A stretch of DNA of 62,643 nucleotides, filler included, from Globobulimina sp. (GCA_003354225.1; 23 parts of 23 records of this genome joined end to end with filler, not necessarily neighbours in it); one strand, 5' to 3'. Positions 35,929-49,108 are shown, numbered from the whole stretch's first letter. Notes: generated from the letters alone by a model not told the origin. Numbers and translations: made by a program.

Positions 35929-36106
35929 ACAGTTTCTTATAATTTTTATGTTGTGTAAAATGATCAATTCTATTGTTAGAAGCACCGCAACTCATAATCA
36001 TAAGTAAAGACATTAGATCAATGTAGCTGCAGCAATAATAAATGCAGCTGCTGCATGCATGATGTTAATAAATAACATTTTTGACCTTACCGATCAACTC
36101 CGTACC

Positions 36107-38099
36107 ATGTCAACGTGTGAACAAACTGAAAGTGAAAGCAAACAAACTGAAACCAAACAAACCGAAAGCAAACAAGAAACCCAACCAACAGAAGAACCCA
36201 AACCAACAGTCGCGGCAACAGATATAAACACAAATACAGAGAATGAAGAAGAAAAGAAAGAAGCTAACCCGGTGATGTCGACACCATTACTTTACCACCA
36301 ATCCTCTGGCGGCTCAAACATTTTAGGATCGCCTGTCTTAGAACCACATAAATATAACATATTCCACCCAGACAATTACACGGATGCCAATAAACTGTAT
36401 AAGTATGATTATAATGATTTGCATTTAGATTTAGAGAATCAAATATATTGCGGGGTCTATGGGTGGGATAATGCGTGTTATTGGGGCATCGCAGAGACCA
36501 AAGCCAAAACCGATTTAACCAAACATTACACCAAAAAGCATGCGGATGAAATCTATTTGGCGGAATGGACCGAGATTTTAAATGATGTCGCAACGCGTAG
36601 ATGGTGGCCACGCATCGTAACCTTTGATCCGTTGGGTATGACCGCCACAAATCCCACCATTGCTGCCACCACCGCCATATTAAATATTCCTGAATTGAGT
36701 GATTTAAAACGGGACGGAAATATTGTGGATGAAGATGGCGGCATTCATACTCAGAAAGCAGCGGTTTATAACGTATGGAATATCCCTGGCTTGGCCGAGC
36801 GATTAGAATTAAGCGAGGATGAGTTTAGGCAAACACTATATAAATATACCGGCAATCCAACTGTATTGGATACAAAAAATAGAGCGTTTCTACCCAATAT
36901 TGGTGGCTGTACGGTGTATACCTTTGGTGATATCACCACCATTCGGGACAATAAAACTGAAATTGCGGTCAGAGTGCACGATGAATGCAATGGTTTGTTA
37001 TATTTATTTAATTGCTAACAGTTCAGGCACGCTCTGAGAAACACTTTGATTCTCATATTGATATGTTATATTTATACAGGTTCTGATGTATTTGGTACAG
37101 ATATTTGTACCTGTCGTCCATATTTGATATTTGCACTGAAAGCATGCATCGAATGTGCACAACGCGGAGGGGTCGGCATCGTGGCCTATTTCCGCAAAGA
37201 AGGTCGCTCATTGGGAGAGATAACAAAATATCGAGTATACAATGCTCGTAAACATCAAATAGGTGGAGATAGAGCAGAGACATATTTCCAACAAACCGAG
37301 AAAATCGCAGGTATAAAAGATGCGCGCTTTCAAACCATGATGCCGGATATTTTGAGTTGGTTAGGCATTGATCGTATCGATTGGTTATTATCTATGTCGT
37401 TGCAAAAATATGATGCAATTATCGAATCGGGCATTACTGTCAATCAACGAGTGCCATTGCCAGATTCTTATGTGCCAAAACATGCGAAAGTAGAGGTTTT
37501 AGCAAAAATAGCAGCTGGATATCATAGTGAACAGCGCCAATTTGATAAGAATTCGACCTTAAATGCATTGCGTGATTTACGTACAATTCGAAAACAATGT
37601 GGTAGAATATTTCAATTAGCAAAATTAAATCAGTTGACATACTTTGAATTGAATATAAATAAATTTGATTTAGCAGTAAAAACAGTATTAACTTGTATCA
37701 ATCAGCATTATCCCGACCATAATATCCCTTTACATTCCAGGTTTCGACATTTTAATCAGGCCCAATTGACAAATTTAATTAGTAAATGGACGTCTTTTGG
37801 TGAGTTTGTGGATAAAAAAGAACGGGTTCGGCGATTGGTCGATTTAGTGACAATATCTGTGTTATTGGATGCCGGGGCTGGGCCCGATTGGAAGTATATT
37901 GATGAGAATGGTGCTGTTTATACACGTTCAGAAGGTTTAGGTTCAGCATCATTTGATATGTTTTTGTCTGGCTTATTTTCCTCTGATTTAGCAGTAAAAG
38001 AGCGTGTAAATTCAATGGGTTTATTGCAGAATTTAACATTGCAAAAAATGCAAATTGGTTTTCAAGTCTCGTCCACCAATTCCATGGTTGGCTTGAATG
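36107..38099 (+). CDS. URC1 (GTP cyclohydrolase II-like) fused to URC4 (DUF1688); intron 36993-37079; 3'-truncated
   Basis: Spliced VRVHDECNGSDVFGTDICTCRPY, YFRKEGRSLGEITK, DARFQTMMPD (URC1); then IPLHSRFRHF, SVLLDAGAGPDWKY, YTRSEGLG (URC4) in the same frame. Confidence 0.88.
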
Positions 38100-38199
38100 N
38101 NNNNNNNNNNNNNNNNNNNNNNNNNNNNNNNNNNNNNNNNNNNTTAATTAATTAANNNNNNNNNNNNNNNNNNNNNNNNNNNNNNNNNNNNNNNNNNNN

Positions 38200-40827
38200 T
38201 TTATGTTGAATTAATAAATAATAAATCAATGCATATAAATCTTTAATATTAATATTTTCCACATTGTTAAATGAATAAAATGAACATTTTTGTAATAATA
38301 ATTTGTATTCATTTAATATTTTATTATTATTAAAATTATCAAAAGTATGAATTCTGGATGCGACAAATGGCAGAAATTCAACATATCTCTGTTTAGAAAC
38401 GCTTGTAAATTTAAAAAATGGTGCCATAAAATGTGGTGATACCATATTATTGAACATGAGTGGCATTTTGGAGTTGATTAAAAATTGGCAAATAATTTTG
38501 GGAATATTATGATACAAAGAATATGAATAAATTACATTGTCATAAATACAATTTGTTGATAATAATTCAATTAATGAGTTATAAAAATGTTTATCTTTTA
38601 ATTTCCAATAAATTCTACGCAATCCATTCAATTTAACAATGATTTGGATATTATTTTTTGATAAATAATTTAATATATTTGCGTTTGTTCCAATCACTGA
38701 TATTTCCCGCCATAACACCATATTTTGCTTATTTTCTGTTTGTCGGTGTTTTTTGGTCACAGTTAATTTTTGTGGTTGGCTAAATGTCACAGTTTGTTTT
38801 TTTATGGACTTACAAATTAACACAGAATGACTGTTAAATATTCCATTTTGGGGGAAATAAAAGTAATAAACAATTGATTTTGTTTGATATGAAGAAATAT
38901 TCATAAAATATGATTTATTGTACATGGCATTTTTAACAGGAATTGAACCATTTGGAATACTGATAAAGACCTGTAAATTTTGATGAATTGAAGAAATATT
39001 TGTTAGTATTATTCGAACTCCATAAATTTTATGACATTGAAAATTATCTTGATTTGGATCTATAAATTTATCATATTTTTCATTATTTTCATAATCAATT
39101 ATACGTAAATCGTATGGATCGAAATATGATATGTTTATATTTATTGATGACTGCTTATTGTTGCTATTAATATCAATTTTACTCAATTTTTTAATAAATA
39201 TTAATGATTTATTATCTTTGTAGCATTTCAATTTTAAATCGTTATCAAAGTATTTATAAATGGGACCGTCATTATTATTTAATGACAAATCTAACACAGA
39301 TAAAGCAAATAAAATTTCTGTGATAGTATGCGTTGCAAATAATAAATTTGTAGATACAAATTTCGCATTTTCTTTTTTATGCCTATCATTTAATGCAAAT
39401 AAACCAAAATCACACCAGAATTTATTTATTTTTACTAAATCCTTTGTATTGTGTTCAAATTTAGCATTAAAATAATATGTTTCTTGATATTCTTTTGTTT
39501 TGTCAATTTGTTGAAACAACATAGGCACAAATTCATTAACATTTCTTCTTACAAATAAATCAAAATTATGCTGTGTTTCATCAAATGCATTCACTATAAT
39601 CGGTCGAAAAACGTTATTAAATTCATTTTGTTTTGCTTCATATTCATCTCTATCCGCATTTGGATTGTTGTCAAGCCATTTAATTGCATTCTTTATAATA
39701 CCTTTTAATTTATTCGCATCATCATCACTTATATTAACATTATTTTTTAAATTATCATTTAAATAATTCCTTACTTCATACACCATATTTTCTAATTCAT
39801 TCTTCGATTCAACAGTTCGTCTTTTATCTTCGTCCGCGGCTTTATATTTTTCTGCATCCGCCACAATTCGATTAATTTCTTCTTCGCTCAACCTACCTTT
39901 ATTTTGATCAATTGTAATTTTATTACAATTCTGCAATGGATTACTCATATCCTTTACTGATACCATCAAAATCCCATTGGCATCCAAACCAAATGCAACC
40001 TCAATTCTTTGTGTATCCATATTATTTATTTGCAATTGCAATCTGCCCAATAAATTATTATCAGACACTCGTTGTCTTTCACCTTCATAAACATTTATAA
40101 TCAATACTCCGTCGACAGCTGTGTCCCCATCAAATTCATTCATATTAAATATTGCCACAGCTTTACAAGGGATTGTTTTATTGCGTTCAATCACTTTTGT
40201 CATAACACCGCCGGCTGTTTCAATGCCTAACGATAAGGCCGTAACATCCAATAACAACAAATCCGCGGCATCGCCCATAGCATGGCCCGATAATATCGCC
40301 GCCTGTACACTGGCACCATATGCCACCGCTTCATCCGCATTAATGGATTTACACAATTCTTTACCATTGAAATAGGTTTGCACCATTTGCTGGATTTTGG
40401 GTATTCGAGTACTGCCACCAACTAATAATATGTCATCAATATCCGATTTCGCCATTCGTGCATCATTCAGTGCCGCATCAATCATATTCACTGCTTGCCT
40501 GAAATGTGGCATACATAAATCTTCGAATCTTGCTCTGGTTATACTCGATGCAAAATCAATTCCATTAAATAACGAATCCACTTCAATATCTGCTCGAATC
40601 GCAGCTGATAATGTCCTCTTTGCGCGTTCGCAGCAGTTTTTCAACCGCCTCATTGCACGCAAATTTGAAGTCAAATCTATCTTGTTTTTGCCTTTAAATT
40701 CTTTAACAAAATGAGCAACCAATATATCATCAAAATCATTACCACCCAAACGAGGACAACCTGCAGTTGCTTTCACTTCAAATACGCCGTCGTCAATACT
40801 CAACACTGCGATATCCAATGTGCCGCC
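38200..40827 (-). CDS. Chimeric ORF: divergent Hsp70 (NBD C-half, SBD, lid) fused to an unrelated ~460-aa region; both ends truncated
   Basis: FEVKATAG..LGGNDFD, CERAKRTLS, ITRARFEDLC, VGGSTRIPKIQ, DEAVAYGA; no EEVD; open frame continues into LFQQIDKTKEYQETYY..INKFWCDF..EILFALSVLDL. Confidence 0.88.
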
Positions 40828-40927
40828 NNNNNNNNNNNNNNNNNNNNNNNNNNNNNNNNNNNNNNNNNNNNTTAATTAATTAANNNNNNNNNNNNNNNNN
40901 NNNNNNNNNNNNNNNNNNNNNNNNNNN

Positions 40928-42140
40928 GTCAACTTGCCACAGATGTCCGATCTATTTATTGACACCAAATATGACCAAAAAGCAAATGCAATTTGAATCA
41001 TTACAATATCCCACCATTCATAGACTTTGCTAAACCTAATCGGCCCAAACTTTTTATGAAATGCATTGATACACATTTTACAAACTTCCGGTGTTAAATA
41101 TAAGCCATATTGAACTCTACGAGCACTTGTTTCAAATAACTGGCAGGCACTCGTTCCAACCATGATACACAAAATTGTATTCAATTTGGGGTCACTTTGA
41201 AATACATAATACCTCATCCAGCACATTAATAATTTGCTCAAACTTTGAAAACCGGAAAAAAAAAGACATGATCTTGCAATGGCCACACATTTCTTCACTA
41301 TCAATCTGCATAAATCCGTTCTTGCCTTTTTATCATTTTTATCAATAAATGATGCAAGAAATCTAAACAGCAATTTATAAGTCGGCAATTGCAAAAATAA
41401 AGGAAGAATATGAATAATTGCATATATTCTCCATGATTTGTTGAAAAGGTCAGAAAGAAACAGTGCAGTATAATGTTTGCGGCAGGATGCGTTTTTATGC
41501 CATGTTGGACTGCATGCTGTAAAGGTATGCGGTGTCTGGAACATAATGCTAAGCTGTTCCGGTGTATTATGTCCCCATTTTATTAACCATTTATAATAAC
41601 CGCCTGATATCACCGCCGGATAATGACACAAAAAATAGCCAATGGCGGCAAAGAGCGATGATACAAATAATATTTCATCATATTTGAAATTTGGAATAAT
41701 TTTATAGTTTTCATCGGATTTACATAGTTTTATCACATCATAACAGCTTCGAACAAATAAATGTAAAACAGCAAAGTGTCGAAATTGTGTTGGTAATCGT
41801 TTAAACCATAAACAGGCTATGATTGAAAATAGTACATTTGAGCGTGTTTTGTTTCGTTTTTTCTGTCGTATATATTGGTCACTTGTTTTTAGATCCATAC
41901 GTATTTTTAGCTCTTTTCGTGTTATATATGAATTGTTGATGCTACATTAAAAAATGTGAGCGCAAATCTATAATGATCCATTGTCCAAAATATTGGTTTC
42001 AGCTTTGACAAAAATGTGGAAACAGACGATGTTGACGCTTTAAAATGTCCACTTTTCACCGCTGCAAAAGCACCATACACAAAACAGATAGAATATCCAA
42101 GTACCACTGCTTTCCGTGGCTTGCTAAACTTATCTGACAT
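40928..42140 (-). CDS. TMEM135-like membrane protein with an apparent frameshift near 41930; 3'-truncated
   Basis: CSPTWHKNASC, RIYAIIHILP, ARSCLFFS, FETSARRVQYGLYLTP fit the TMEM135 family; I found no GT-AG intron at the frame change. Confidence 0.7.
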
Positions 42141-42206
42141 TGTTTTGAATAGCTGTGGCTAGTGTAGTGTTTGCGTAGTCATCGAAAAACTGGTTTCCAT
42201 AAGAAA

Positions 42207-43554
42207 ATGGGAAACGATACTTCGTCAAGTAATAATAAACAAAATGATGGAGGACTTGTTTCACAAATATCATTCCATAATGTTGATGTAAGTACATTGT
42301 TGACAGCAGATAATGATCATGAAGATAAAAAGAAAAATGAAGACACAAAAAATGAAGATTCCCTTGAAATACAAACTTTATTAATACCACAAACATCAAC
42401 ATGGACTACAAAAAAACAGAAATCTCGTCGACAAAAATGGAAAAATGATTTAGAAAAAGCAACAAATGCTACATCAAAAAGAAATATAATTGGTGATATT
42501 TCAAATGTATTTCATTATCGCAAACGTCTTGGTATGTTTTGGAGTGTTCTCAAACAAACACAAGTTTTGAAACGTTTTTGTGATTTAAGCCGAAAATTAA
42601 ACAATTTTTTGCATTGTTCTATTCAATATATCCAGCAAAAGGAAGTTCATGTTCTGTTTTACTGTGTCAGTATAAAACGACAAAGAAATTGTGTGTATTA
42701 AAAGAAATGAACAAAAATTCCAACTGGAATCCATCGCTATATATCACCGAAAAAACAATACTAAACACTCTAAAATCACACGTGAATATTATGACATATT
42801 TCGATGCGTATATAGATAAAAAATGTTTGTATATTGTGTCTGAAGTTAAGTGTATTTGTTGTTATCTACTTAATTACTTAATTACTTATATGTTGTTATC
42901 TACTTAAATTTAAGTATTGTGGCGGAGGAACATTATTAGATAAAATTATTAATATGAAAATATTCACAGAAAAAATAGCAGCAAAATACATAACAACAAT
43001 ACTGAATGTCGTGGATTTTATCCATAAACATAACTTTTCTCACAGAGACCTGAAGCCAAACAATATTATGTTTGACAAACCCGGAGACGATGGCATATTG
43101 AAGTTAATAGACTTTGGAGACGCAATTATGATTTCTGACCATGAGGAAGACAGTACCTTTGTAGGGACATTACATTATTTTACTCCTGAAATGATACAGA
43201 ATCCAAAGCGGAAAGGCTGGCAAATCAGAAAAGCAGACACATACTGTATCGGCGTGATTGCATATATTTTATTGACGGGATGTTTTCCATTTCACTCGAA
43301 ACATAGGAAAGGAATTAAAAAAGAAATATTAAAAGGAAATGTAGTTTGGCAGAATCATGTCAAACTAAGTGTCGATTGTAAAGATTTTCTATTATCACTG
43401 TTGAATAAAAATGTAGAAAAAAGATTAAATGCAAAACAAGCATTGGCGCATAACTGGTTAATGGGTCATGCATCCAATGATGATTTGGGTGATAATTTAA
43501 AGAAATATCAAACAAATTTCCACCATTCCAACATGTTGCAACGGTTATTGATCG
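42207..43554 (+). CDS. CAMK/CDPK-like Ser/Thr kinase with predicted N-myristoylation (MGNDTS); introns 42532-42635 and 42845-42914; 3'-truncated
   Basis: Spliced LAKGSSCSV, VLKEM, SEYCGGG, HRDLKPNN, LIDFG, GTLHYFTPE, RLNAKQALAHNW, then a junction-like segment. Confidence 0.9.
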
Positions 43555-43654
43555 NNNNNNNNNNNNNNNNNNNNNNNNNNNNNNNNNNNNNNNNNNNNTT
43601 AATTAATTAANNNNNNNNNNNNNNNNNNNNNNNNNNNNNNNNNNNNNNNNNNNN

Positions 43655-44865
43655 TCCATTTCAATGGCTCATAGGGGTATTTTTCTATATATCCTCGGAA
43701 GTTTTCATGCAAATATACGCTGAAATTAATACCCATTGGCTTTAATATATAGTCATAACTCGAGATTCTAAGTTGACGCGATGGGATAAACTCAAATTTT
43801 GCCCGCAATTCGTCATCACTCAATACATCCTCTCGCCATATTATGTCCTTATTTTGCTTCCCTGCATCTTTATTCTGCATAATATCATTATAAATACTCA
43901 TGGATTCCATCACAATCTCTTTTGTTATCACTTTTTTATCCAATTCCGCATCAAATCCATCATTTGTGTCTGTTTTTTGTTGCTTTCCATCACTGTCATT
44001 GTCACTTTGCTCTTCAACATCGTTGGAACTTTGATCCAATACACCATCATCCAAAACATTGTCTGCATTCTCCACAACATCGTCATCATCGTCGCTGGAG
44101 GAAAAATCCAGTCTTTCCATCAAATAGTTGTCTAAGAAGTTGCTGGCTTTCCTGTTCATATAATTGTCAGTGTCATCATCAATGTCCTCATTTTTTTGTT
44201 CAGTGTCTGGTATTTTATCTTCTTTGTTTTTGACCCAAATCTTTTTTATTGTTATGCCAAAAATGAATGAATTATCAGGGATGGTCGTAATGTCTTGATA
44301 TCGAATGTGAACATCAGATATATCTAATTTAATATTGGTAGCTAAATGCTTACCGAGTCCACGCACAAAGGCCTCGCCGTAAGACATGGATTTGCTGAGG
44401 AATTTCCATTCAGTTTCGAGCATTCGCTGTTCGGCGCGATCTAATGATGCTTTTTTAATGGCATTTTTCTGGCGATGACTTGATTTGGTATCAAAATGTT
44501 GACGTGAATGCTGTGGATAAATTAATAAAAACAAGCCATTGACATTGACTTGAATATGGAACGTATACGTGATGGTAATATGTAATAATTTGAGGAATCC
44601 TTTTTTAACAGAGATTGGTAATCCTAATTGATCCAAAGCACCTGCTTTTAATGAGACATTTTCGGATTTAAATTCAATTCCCCATCGATGAAATAATAAA
44701 CATGATGCTATGTCTCCTTCAATGTAGCGACCTCTTTTTTTTTTTGTGGATCATTTAAATCTGTTGGGTACGTACGTAGATGGAAAACGTATTAGAAACA
44801 TACAGAATGGCAGTTAATAATGGTTCAATGAACGAAAGCACCTTTGTCATTACACGTTGCTGCAT
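43655..44865 (-). CDS. VPS13/Chorein-N family lipid-transfer protein, 5' part; intron 44734-44803
   Basis: Spliced LTAILGRYIEG..ENVSLKAGALDQLGLPISVKKGFL; NIKLDISDVHIRYQD..FIFGITIKKI; YDYILKP. Confidence 0.8.
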
Positions 44866-44892
44866 GTTTGATCTCTTGTTTGCTGTTTTTAA

Positions 44893-44959
44893 GTTGCAGT
44901 TTTTAGTTTGCAGTTTTTAGTTTGCAGTTTTTAGTTTGCAGTTTTTAGTTTGCAGTTTT
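44893..44959 (+). repeat. 14-bp tandem repeat (TTGCAGTTTTTAGT), about 5 copies
   Basis: Directly visible, just upstream of the VPS13-like start. Confidence 0.9.
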
Positions 44960-45164
44960 GTTTCGATATATACAGTATACACAACAGCAAAACAACACAA
45001 AAATGAAAGATTAATTATTAAAACAATTAAAATTATTAAAACAATGTAATTTATTCTTTGATAAATTCAATCAATTAAACATGCAAATATATAATATGCA
45101 ATTAGTATTAATATCGTAATCTATTGTGCATGTCTTTGCGTTGCAGTTTTTCAATTGCACAATA

Positions 45165-45986
45165 TTAAAAGAATTCAATTAACATTTTTGTTAAGGCCAC
45201 AATATGTGCGTAGATCTGTGTCACTGCATCTTTCCCATTATATTTATTACCACACAGACAAATAAATGCTTTTGGTCCTAGTTTTTGTACCAATATGGAA
45301 ACATAATACGGTTTTTTTGATGTTTTCACTTTTTGTTTTCCTTTTTTTTTATCATTCTCATCATGATCTGCCTTGATCATCACTTTACATTCAGTCAATT
45401 TCGTTTTTAAATCAGCCCTTTCATGCTCAGTTAAACCTAATTTGGCGTGGATTATCTTATTATGTTCTTTATTGTTGTTATTATATCTGTTATGATATTT
45501 TATTCGTTTTCTTGGTGGTCTCTGGTTATTTTTTTGTGTTTGATCACTTTGATGACCATTTACTTGTTTGGCTGAGTGATTCATTGCAAATGATTGTATA
45601 CGTACATCACTAATATCACAGTGTTTTCGTTTCAATGTTTTTTTATCATTGGTATTTACAATCGTATTTATTCCTGAATCCATTTGATTTATATTTTGTA
45701 ACTGCTGTATCATTGATTTGTTTGTTGGTGTTCTTGTATCAAATAAATTTGGTAATGGAGGTATTGTGGGTATTGCAGGTATTGCATGTATTGCTGGTAA
45801 TGGAGGTATTGTGAGTCTGGTCGGTATTGTTAGTGGCAATGCCGATACTGGAAAATAATAATAATTATTTATTATATTGGTGCTACAGTTGTTTTTATTA
45901 TTTGAATTGTTATTGGAGTTATTATTTGAATTGGTTTGATTGGAGTTATTATTGGAGTTGTTATGTCCATTAACTTCAAATGCCAT
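45165..45986 (-). CDS. Asn-rich hypothetical protein with a possible C-terminal Zn-binding motif
   Basis: 273-aa ORF; NLS-like PPRKRIK; FICLCGNKY..IYAHI. Confidence 0.5.
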   Translation of the reverse strand: MAFEVNGHNNSNNNSNQTNSNNNSNNNSNNKNNCSTNIINNYYYFPVSALPLTIPTRLTIPPLPAIHAIPAIPTIPPLPNLFDTRTPTNKSMIQQLQNINQMDSGINTIVNTNDKKTLKRKHCDISDVRIQSFAMNHSAKQVNGHQSDQTQKNNQRPPRKRIKYHNRYNNNNKEHNKIIHAKLGLTEHERADLKTKLTECKVMIKADHDENDKKKGKQKVKTSKKPYYVSILVQKLGPKAFICLCGNKYNGKDAVTQIYAHIVALTKMLIEFF

Positions 45987-46049
45987 GTTTTTTGCCAGTA
46001 CTAGTTACAACAATTTCGCCAAATTATTATCATAAATTTAACGATATAT

Positions 46050-46281
46050 TCCAAAAGATAACCCCCCTGGTCGATAAGTTGTATACATTTGATTCAATTA
46101 TCTGAGAACGCTTTGCAAATCCAGAAACGGTTTTCTATAGGTTTGTCTTGGGTTTGTTCTGTGTTTGTTATAACTTTGTCTTGGGTTGGCAAATCCAGAA
46201 CAAAGTCAGAACAAATTTATAATTGAATTTTCGGTATACAAAGGGGGGGGGTTATCCAAGCAGGGGGGGTTATCTAATGGA
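46050..46281. mobile_element. MITE-like element with imperfect inverted ends, cut by the contig end
   Basis: TCCAAAAGATAACCCCCCTG near 46050 versus CAGGGGGGGTTATCTAATGGA at 46261-46281; extra GGGGGTTATC copy at about 46243-46257. Confidence 0.6.
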
Positions 46282-46619
46282 NNNNNNNNNNNNNNNNNNN
46301 NNNNNNNNNNNNNNNNNNNNNNNNNTTAATTAATTAANNNNNNNNNNNNNNNNNNNNNNNNNNNNNNNNNNNNNNNNNNNNGATTTTGTTTCCTGTTTGT
46401 TTGTTTTTTGGATACGGGAAATGAAAGAGTAAGATTATCCCATGAGCCCACTATGCCCACTCGGTGACTTCCTCATCAACAATGAAAATTAGCTCAATAG
46501 TTGTGCCTGCAGTGTTTATTGTGGTGATCGTATTTTAAATCATGAATTAAATCAAGAAATGTTGTCTAAACCTAGGAAGTGGCGGGCACTTAAAAACCGT
46601 AGGAATACACTTCAAGTAC

Positions 46620-46742
46620 TTAGAATAGGCGTGTTAGAAACACTTCGTTTTGGTAAAATGACCATTTGGTGATGATCTCATACCAAGCATTCAATATGTG
46701 CGAATTTTAAAAACGAAGTGTTTCTAACAAGTCCCATTCTAA
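46620..46742. mobile_element. Small MITE-like inverted-repeat element (about 120 bp)
   Basis: TGTTAGAAACACTTCGTTTT (46632-46651) is the exact reverse complement of 46710-46729, with imperfect extension outward. Confidence 0.7.
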
Positions 46743-46916
46743 AGTGTTAGCATTTTGTAGTATCAATTAAAAACTTGCATTAAACGATTTTTATAACGAT
46801 CACAAAACAAATAAAGATCACAAAAAAAATTAACTGATCACAAAAAAAATAATATATACGATCCCCAAAATAGGGCTTTAGAAATGAACATTAGTATAAT
46901 TAAGAATTTATTTTCA

Positions 46917-48904
46917 TTAAACATCACCGGCCGATGAGACAATTTGATCGATATTTAATGCCTCAACATGTTCCATTTTATCCCCACTCGTTTCTGATTT
47001 TCTATCAGTTTGTTCATCACTAGTTTTTTTCTCTACATTCCCATACAAATCCTCACAACTACTCTCATCATCATCTTCCTTATTCTCATCAGCTTCTGTA
47101 CCGTCAACAACGTTAACTGATATTTTCGCTTTCCCATTTCCCTTCGTATTAATATTATAATCATTTTGAGGCGTTCGAGGCGCACTGTCATGGTTTAACA
47201 TTTCAATTTGATTTACATCCAACTTAAATTTCCTGCCAATACAACAAATCAAAGTACAGCAACATATCAGCAACACTGAAACAACCAAGATATAAACTAT
47301 TAAAACATCATTATTACTCTCCGGATACAACAAATCATTTTCAGTCACCTCGACGTCAATAGTTTTATCATATTTGTCTTGCAGTCCATCCTCGATTTTA
47401 CTTTCAATTATATCTGTATCAATATCTCCATTATCTGTGATACGTAGCTCGATTACAACACTTCCTTCATTAATTGAGGTGGACACAATAGCAATATCTG
47501 TATATGCAGTCAATGACTGTTCAATTATATCATTAATATCCGCCTCGGTGACTTCCTCATCAATTTCAAATGATACGGTGTAATTTGTGACTGTAGTATG
47601 CATTGTCGGTTCCATGGTTGTTGGCGTGTTTGTGGTTGGATTGGATGTTGGAACAGATCTGTTTGATTAAAACAGATTGGTTGGCTGTACATTGTGCATT
47701 TGACTGAATGGAAAGCAGAGTCAATTTGATTAGTTACTTTGCTTTCAATTCAGAGTCCATTTGTGTTAGATATCATACGTTGTCGGGCTAACAGTGGTCG
47801 GTTCGGACCTGTGTTGATATTAAAACGAAACCAAACAAATCAAGTTGTCACAGAAAACGAAAATATATTATTTAAATACGTTGTGGGTATTGCTGTTGTT
47901 GGTGTTGATGTTGTGGGCATTGCTGTTGTTGGCATTGCCGTAGTCGGTTGAGATGTGATTGGTGACACTGTTGGAAATTATATTAATGCATTTTGCACAG
48001 TATTCAAAAACAAAAATTGTTTGTTACGTATAAGTCGGTATACACTATGTGCAAAAACATACCTGTTGGGTTATTACTATCTGGATTGTCACAAATCTGT
48101 GATCCAGAAGTGACGCATGCCATTTGTGAGGATGCAGATGCTGGGTCGGCATCAATTTGACACGATGCTGAATAATCATCCAAACAATACATCCATCCAA
48201 TCGATGCAGTCAAAAGTCCATCGTATACCAGCATAGTCCTAAAACCGTGTTGTGAATAAATTTGCATTCCAGTCACAGAACCTGTACTAATTTGTCCATC
48301 TAACGTGCATGACTCAGCTACGTTGTTTCTGGGACACCATACATCCACATTGACACAGGCTTCGTTAGTATCATCACACGATAACCACAAAGTGGCCGAC
48401 AGTGCAGCATCGACGGACATTTCCCTACAATTTTGATAGCCACCTCCGTCACAATGGACATGACAATGAGCTCCCGCAGAATTTGGACATGTAATATTGG
48501 CTTCCTCTAATTGTTTTTGTCCAGATGCTCCCGTGAAAACATAGAGTTGCGTAGCCGCGTTCCCGTTTATTTTAGCGAGTCGCGCTGAATTATCACCACC
48601 AGTTTGGACTTGACAGAAATGGCCATCCAAACAATTTATGGTAGTTCCTAGACAACCTGCAGCAGAACAGACTATGTTGCATGTTGCGTCATCGTTTGGA
48701 CAGTTTACAATTTCATTTTGACATTCGCCAACCTCTGAACATGTGATACTTCCTCCATTGCCTTGTTTTGACATTGTGTCGGCATTTGGTGAAAAAGTAT
48801 ATAAGTAATATAAATATATATTATTAACTGAATGTAATAAACAGAGAAACTGAAAGTAACCATTGTAACAGAGTTTGGTTCATTTTAAAAACGTTTGCTT
48901 CATC
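46917..48904 (-). CDS. Multi-exon type I surface protein: Cys-rich repeats, Pro/Thr stalk, acidic juxtamembrane domain, TM
   Basis: Signal-like hydrophobic region at about 48800-48870; Cys-rich ORF 48004; PTT repeats 47880-47970; TM VLIVYILVVSVLLICCCTLICCI; exon boundaries and start approximate. Confidence 0.7.
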
Positions 48905-49108
48905 ATTTTGTCTGCATTCACTCGTTGCATCAATATGGATTTACCATTGTCGTTGAAGATTGAATATTTATTACAATACGTTCAATCATTACCTAAACCA
49001 CAAAGCAANNNNNNNNNNNNNNNNNNNNNNNNNNNNNNNNNNNNNNNNNNNNTTAATTAATTAANNNNNNNNNNNNNNNNNNNNNNNNNNNNNNNNNNNN
49101 NNNNNNNN

